From the NCBI GenBank assembly GCA_964372275.1, contig CAYJRR010000045.1:1-33251 (forward strand): a DNA stretch of 33,251 bases. The letters are read 5' to 3'. The notes beneath the pieces are model-generated. The model was not told where the DNA came from, made no database searches, and saw only the letters and a program-made list of their open reading frames with translations. Source of the stretch: an uncultured bacterium (GTDB taxonomy: Bacteria > CAYJRR01). Positions 29,251-33,251 of the stretch are shown here, one piece after another (the first letter of the stretch is position 1; each line of letters starts with the position of its first letter). The position numbers and the translations under genes are program-made.

Positions 29251-30308
29251 CGATGCGCCCTCTTTCTGGAAGAGATCTCCTCGACCGCGTCCAGGATCCG
29301 GTCTACGCCGCCGCCGTCGACGAGCCCACGGAGGCGGGCCCGCAGCCGGCGCCGCTCGCCGGCGCTCTCGATCAGCGTCCGGAAAAACCCGCCGAGCGAA
29401 GTATCGTCGCACCGATCGAACCAACCGCCGTAGACGAGGTAGCCGTCGAGACCGAGGGCCTCACCGGCGCGCTCCTGGTTCTCGGACACGCAGAAGGCGA
29501 GCGTTGGAACGCGATGGTAGGCGAGCTCCAGCAGCGTCGAACCCGCGGCCGAGATCGCGAGATCGACGCTCCTCATCAGGCGGGACATGTCGCCGACGCC
29601 CCGGAGCACACGGACGTTGGCGACGCCGGGCCCGTTCTCGTCTACTACCTGTCCGGAATATGCGGCACCGAGAATTGCGAGCACGTCGACCGGGTACGGC
29701 CGAAGCAAGGAAACGACTCGCGCCGTCGCGCCCGCCACGTCGGAGCCGCCGAACGTGACCAGGACGCGAAGGCGACCGTCGGGCGACGGCCTCTCCTCGC
29801 CCGGATCGGTCGCGGGCCGGAGGAATTCGGAGCGAAGCATCGCGAATCGAGGGCCGAGCAGGAATGCCGTGGAACTCGGCCGCCCGTAACCGGCCATCGC
29901 CTCGGCGGCGTAGTTCGGATTGACCACCAGGTCGACGCGGATCGGAGGCGTTCCGAGGTCGTCGATGGCAACGAGCACGCAGTCCGGCGCCAAGGAGGAT
30001 CTCAGATCCTCGAAGAATCCCGCGCCGAACCGATATCCATCGACGATGCAGGCCTCCGCCTCCATCGAGCGGCAAAGGTCGGCCACGCGGCGGGCGTCGG
30101 TATCGCTGCCCGTGGGGGCGTCGACCGGTACGAGCTCCACCCCCCGGCCTCCGGCGAACGCGGAGATCGCGGGCGCGACGTCCGCCCCGATGGCGAGCGA
30201 CGGCACCCCACCCCGCCGGCGCACCCCTTCGGCGAGCGCGATGAGCCTCATCACGTGTCCGGTCCCGATCTCCGGCGACGCATCCGCCCTCAGCACGACC
30301 GGCTTCAA
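29247..30308 (-). CDS. pseG: PseG/SpsG-family UDP-sugar hydrolase (GT-B fold)
   Basis: TTG overlapping the HDOD stop; LRADASPEIGTGHVMR, IVDGY, AIDD, LLGPRFAMLR.EF, LVTFGGSD, DLAISAAGSTLLE, NQ. Confidence 0.88.
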   Translation of the reverse strand: MKPVVLRADASPEIGTGHVMRLIALAEGVRRRGGVPSLAIGADVAPAISAFAGGRGVELVPVDAPTGSDTDARRVADLCRSMEAEACIVDGYRFGAGFFEDLRSSLAPDCVLVAIDDLGTPPIRVDLVVNPNYAAEAMAGYGRPSSTAFLLGPRFAMLRSEFLRPATDPGEERPSPDGRLRVLVTFGGSDVAGATARVVSLLRPYPVDVLAILGAAYSGQVVDENGPGVANVRVLRGVGDMSRLMRSVDLAISAAGSTLLELAYHRVPTLAFCVSENQERAGEALGLDGYLVYGGWFDRCDDTSLGGFFRTLIESAGERRRLRARLRGLVDGGGVDRILDAVEEISSRKRAHR

Positions 30309-31213
30309 ACGACCGACATCTCCTTCTGGGCCCAAAGCTCGGCCACCTTCGCCGACGCGCGTTCCATCTGCTCCGGGGTCATCCCGGACGCGGCAACCTC
30401 GTCGGGAACGAAGCGCGCCGGCTCGGCACCGGCGGAGGTATCGAGCGCCTTCACCATCCGATCCGCGATGTGGACCAGCCACGTCTCCTTGCGGAAGTCG
30501 GTGGCGTTGTTCGGCTCTTCGTGGAAGCGGACCGCTTCGCAGACCCAGTCGGGAAAGTTCCACGCCTTCGCCGCGCGGCCGGCGATCTGCTGGTGGAAGG
30601 CGGTGAAGACACGCGGCAGCGCGCCGCGGATCTCCGCGTCAGGGATCTCCTGGAGGTTGCCGATCTCGATCGCCGTGTTCAGCGCGATCGGCTTGCCGAT
30701 GTCGTGGATCAACCCGCAGAGGAACGCGCCGTCCGCGTTCTTCCCGGCGATCTGCGCCACCACCCGCGCCGCCCCGCCGACCCCCGAGGCGTGTCGCCAC
30801 AGCTGCTCGAACACGTCGTTGAAACGTCCGGGCTTGAAAAGCTTGGCGCGCACCGACAACGCAAGCGTGATCTCGCGGATCGTGCTGGTACCGAGCCGCA
30901 CCAGCGCGGCGGGGATCGAATCGCACGGGTTTCCGCGACGGAAGAAGGCGCTGTTCGCCACCCGCAGGATGTTGGCGGACAGCGCCTGGTCCGAGATGAT
31001 GAGGTTCGCGATCTTGTCGAACGGCACCTCCGCCATCCGGCTCATCTCCGAAACGCGAATCGCGACCTGCGGGAGGAGAGGGACCTCGTACTTTCCCGAT
31101 TGGATCTGCTTCGCCAGCAGGACGAAGATCTGTCCGCCGAGCTGGTGGGCGAAGTTCCGCGACGCGGGTGCGGACTCGCCGGAACCACCCGGATTGGAAC
31201 CGGACGGGCTCAC
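30305..31213 (-). CDS. HDOD domain protein (paralog 2)
   Basis: GTG overlapping the upstream stop; PLLPQVA, IISDQALSANILRVANSAFF, GLIHDIGK, WNFP. Confidence 0.92.
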   Translation of the reverse strand: MSPSGSNPGGSGESAPASRNFAHQLGGQIFVLLAKQIQSGKYEVPLLPQVAIRVSEMSRMAEVPFDKIANLIISDQALSANILRVANSAFFRRGNPCDSIPAALVRLGTSTIREITLALSVRAKLFKPGRFNDVFEQLWRHASGVGGAARVVAQIAGKNADGAFLCGLIHDIGKPIALNTAIEIGNLQEIPDAEIRGALPRVFTAFHQQIAGRAAKAWNFPDWVCEAVRFHEEPNNATDFRKETWLVHIADRMVKALDTSAGAEPARFVPDEVAASGMTPEQMERASAKVAELWAQKEMSVV

Positions 31214-32020
31214 ACCACCGTCAGCTCTTTTTCCAGCCACATCTCCGCGATGCGGAGACCGGCGCGGGTCACCTTCTCGGGCGTCAGGCCGGAGGGCTTG
31301 AGCTCCTCCTCGGTGAAGGTGGGGATCTCCTGCCCGTCGCTCGCGTCCATCGCCTTCACCAGGCGATCGGCGAGGTGGACCATCCATGTCTCCCGCACGA
31401 ACTCCTTCGAATTGTTCGGCTCCTCGTGGAACCGGACCGCTTCGCAGACCCAATCGGGGAAGTTCCACGCCTTCGCGGCATGTCCGGCGATCTGCTGGTG
31501 AAAGGCCTCGAAGACGCGCGGCAGCGCCGCTCGGATCTCGGCGTCGGAGACGTCCTGCACCTTTCCGATCTCGATCGCCGTGTTCAGCGCGATCGGCTTG
31601 CCGATGTCATGGATCAGTCCGCAAAGGTACGCGCCGTCCGGATTCAATCCGGTGAGCTGCGCCAATACGCGCGCCGCGCCACCGACCGCCGAGGCGTGTT
31701 TCCAGAGCGCGTCGAACAGGTCGTTGAAGCGGCCGGGCGTGAACAGCTTCGATCGCACCGACAGCGCGAGCGTGATCTCGCGGATCGAGTTCGTCCCCAA
31801 CCGCACCAGCGCGGCGGGGATCGAATCGCACGGATTTCCCCGCCGGAAGAAGGCGCTGTTCGCCACCCGCAGGATGTTCGCGGTCAACGCTTGGTCCGAG
31901 ATGATCAGGTTCGCGAGTCGATCGAGCGGAACCTCGGGCATCCGGCTGAGCTGCGAAACCTGGATCGCGACCTGCGGCAGCAGCGGAACTTCGTATTTTC
32001 CGGCCTGTATCTGCTTGGAA
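30430..32020. repeat. Tandem gene duplication (two HDOD copies about 900 bp apart); boundaries approximate
   Basis: Long identical peptide blocks (ANILRVANSAFFRRGNPCDSIPAALVRLG; LCGLIHDIGKPIALNTAIEIG; AAKAWNFPDWVCEAVRFHEEPNN) and shared nucleotide tracts such as GAAGAAGGCGCTGTTCGCCACCCGCAGGATGTT. Confidence 0.9.
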
Positions 32021-32121
32021 AGACGATTGAAGACCATCGCCCCGAGACCGGAGGAACCGGCGGCGGGAACGCCGGGTGGAGAACCGCCCGGCGGGGCTCC
32101 GCCGGTGGTGGGGGTCGACAT
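31210..32121 (-). CDS. HDOD domain protein (paralog 1)
   Basis: ATG at 32121; same HDOD motifs as paralog 2. Confidence 0.92.
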   Translation of the reverse strand: MSTPTTGGAPPGGSPPGVPAAGSSGLGAMVFNRLSKQIQAGKYEVPLLPQVAIQVSQLSRMPEVPLDRLANLIISDQALTANILRVANSAFFRRGNPCDSIPAALVRLGTNSIREITLALSVRSKLFTPGRFNDLFDALWKHASAVGGAARVLAQLTGLNPDGAYLCGLIHDIGKPIALNTAIEIGKVQDVSDAEIRAALPRVFEAFHQQIAGHAAKAWNFPDWVCEAVRFHEEPNNSKEFVRETWMVHLADRLVKAMDASDGQEIPTFTEEELKPSGLTPEKVTRAGLRIAEMWLEKELTVV

Positions 32122-32127
32122 GGGGTA

Positions 32128-32133
32128 ACTATA
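32128..32133 (-). promoter_or_regulatory. Sigma70-type -10 hexamer positioned for a leaderless HDOD-pse transcript
   Basis: Minus strand TATAGT-tacccc-ATG: a -10 box 6 nt before the ATG, with no SD. Confidence 0.55.
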
Positions 32134-32159
32134 GCCCAAAGCCGCCGGGGCCGGGACAG

Positions 32160-32207
32160 CGTCACGTGCATGACGAAGGACCGCGACCGCCCGTCAACGG
32201 CTTGACA
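32160..32207. promoter_or_regulatory. Pair of GTCA-N6-TGAC palindromes (putative UAS for flgF)
   Basis: CGTCACGTGCATGACG (32160-32175) and CGTCAACGGCTTGACA (32192-32207), 32 bp apart (about three helical turns). Confidence 0.75.
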
Positions 32208-32273
32208 CCGAGACCGATCCGGGAGCCGAAAAGCGTTGTGCGCACTTCACTTGCCTCGCCCTCCCCCGTGGAC

Positions 32274-32289
32274 TGGCACGTGCATTGTC
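32274..32289 (+). promoter_or_regulatory. Sigma54-like promoter upstream of flgF
   Basis: TGGCACGTGCATTGTC: perfect -24 element; -12 element reads TTGT instead of TTGC. Confidence 0.65.
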
Positions 32290-32296
32290 CCCCTTC

Positions 32297-32995
32297 GTGG
32301 CCGACGGCATCTATACCTCGCTCGCAGGTGCGCTCTCCTCGGAACGGCGGATCGAGGCGATCTCCAGCAACATCGCCAACGCCTCGACCCCCGGGTTCAT
32401 GCCCGAGCGGTTTTTCGCGCACGCCGATCCGCAGCCGGCGGCCGGCGATGGGGCGACGCTCCCTCGCGCCGCCTCGCAGATCGACCTTTCGTCGGGGCCC
32501 CTGGAAAAGACCGGCGCTCCGCTCGACGTGGCGCCGGCCAACGGCGCCTTCCTCGTCGTGGAGACGCCGAACGGCGAGCGACTCACCCGCGCCGGCTCCC
32601 TCCACCAGGACGCCGAAGGCGTGCTCGTCTCCGACGCGGGATATCCGGTCCTTTCGGACCGCGGAACGCTCCGATCGCCGCTACCGATGTCGATCACGCC
32701 GGAAGGGCTCGTCTCCGCCGACAGCGTCGAGCTGGGCCAGCTCCGGTTGATGCAGGTCGTCGATCCGGCGGGCGTGACCCGCGAAGGGGCGAACCTGCTT
32801 GCCTTCGAGCCGGAAGCCGCGGTCGACGTCGTCGAGCCCGTACTCACGGTCGGAGCGTTGAACCGCACGCCGCTGTCGGCGATCGACTCGCTGGTCGACG
32901 TCATCGTCGCCACCCGCGCGTTTGAGGCCTATCAGCAGTCGATCAAGGCCCAGGACGAGGCCGAACGGAAGTCCACGAACCTGGGGAAGATCTAA
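32297..32995 (+). CDS. flgF: Flagellar basal-body rod protein FlgF
   Basis: MADGIYTSLAGA...ISSNIANASTPGF, TGAPLDVA, LTRAGS, RAFEAYQ; precedes flgG. Start taken at GTG 32297. Confidence 0.92.
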   Translation: MADGIYTSLAGALSSERRIEAISSNIANASTPGFMPERFFAHADPQPAAGDGATLPRAASQIDLSSGPLEKTGAPLDVAPANGAFLVVETPNGERLTRAGSLHQDAEGVLVSDAGYPVLSDRGTLRSPLPMSITPEGLVSADSVELGQLRLMQVVDPAGVTREGANLLAFEPEAAVDVVEPVLTVGALNRTPLSAIDSLVDVIVATRAFEAYQQSIKAQDEAERKSTNLGKI

Positions 32996-33006
32996 GGGAG
33001 GAACCG

Positions 33007-33251
33007 ATGCTGCGAGCCCTTTCCACCGCCGCGACCGGCCTCGAGGCGCAAACCGCCAAGATCGACGCCATCGCCAACAACCTGGCGAACGTGTCGACCA
33101 CCGGGTTCAAGAAGGAGCGCGTTGAATTCCAGGACCTCTACTACGACACCGTCCGCGCCCCCACCTCGCCGCGCGAAGGGCGCGGGCGTCCGACGGGGAT
33201 CACCGTCGGTCTCGGCGTGCGCGTCTCGGGCACATCGCGGGTCTTCACGCC
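33007..33251 (+). CDS. flgG: Flagellar distal rod protein FlgG (5' part; runs off the right edge)
   Basis: Not in the ORF track; MLRALSTAATGLEAQTAKIDAIANNLANVSTTGFKKERVEFQDLYY...VGLGVR; SD GGGAGG. Confidence 0.95.
   Translation, partial: MLRALSTAATGLEAQTAKIDAIANNLANVSTTGFKKERVEFQDLYYDTVRAPTSPREGRGRPTGITVGLGVRVSGTSRVFT

Noticed and set aside
30305-32121. HDOD duplication as an assembly artefact or mobile-element repeat
   Set aside because: The copies differ at many synonymous and non-synonymous sites and have distinct termini; no transposase or terminal repeats are seen.

Overview
High-GC bacterial window (gene content suggests a deltaproteobacterial/Myxococcota-like lineage; this is inference) dominated by a flagellar basal-body/hook/export cluster: flgB-flgC-fliE-flbD-motA-motB-fliF-fliG-fliH-fliI-fliJ-fliK-flgD-flgE, then fliM-fliN-fliO-fliP-fliQ-fliR-flhB, flhA-flhF-fliA-lipoprotein, and flgF-flgG (cut by the right edge). 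Minus-strand accessory units are interleaved. On the left are a small protein, an HDOD protein and a cytoplasmic hybrid histidine kinase with Hpt, followed by a sigma54-dependent activator cut by the left edge. A standalone GAF-like gene sits where fliL usually is. On the right, two near-identical HDOD paralogs lead a pseudaminic-acid-type (nonulosonate) biosynthesis operon. Most notable: (1) a regulon readable from the sequence, with CGTCA-N6-TGACG palindromes upstream of sigma54 -24/-12 promoters and shared with divergent HDOD operons; (2) a concerted set of motor/switch deviations: FliM has no EIDAL CheY-binding peptide, FliG lacks the K264/R281-equivalent torque charges, FlhF has degenerate GTPase motifs, flhG and fliL are absent from their usual positions, and flbD-motAB sit between fliE and fliF. 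No rRNA, tRNA, CRISPR array or mobile element was recognised.
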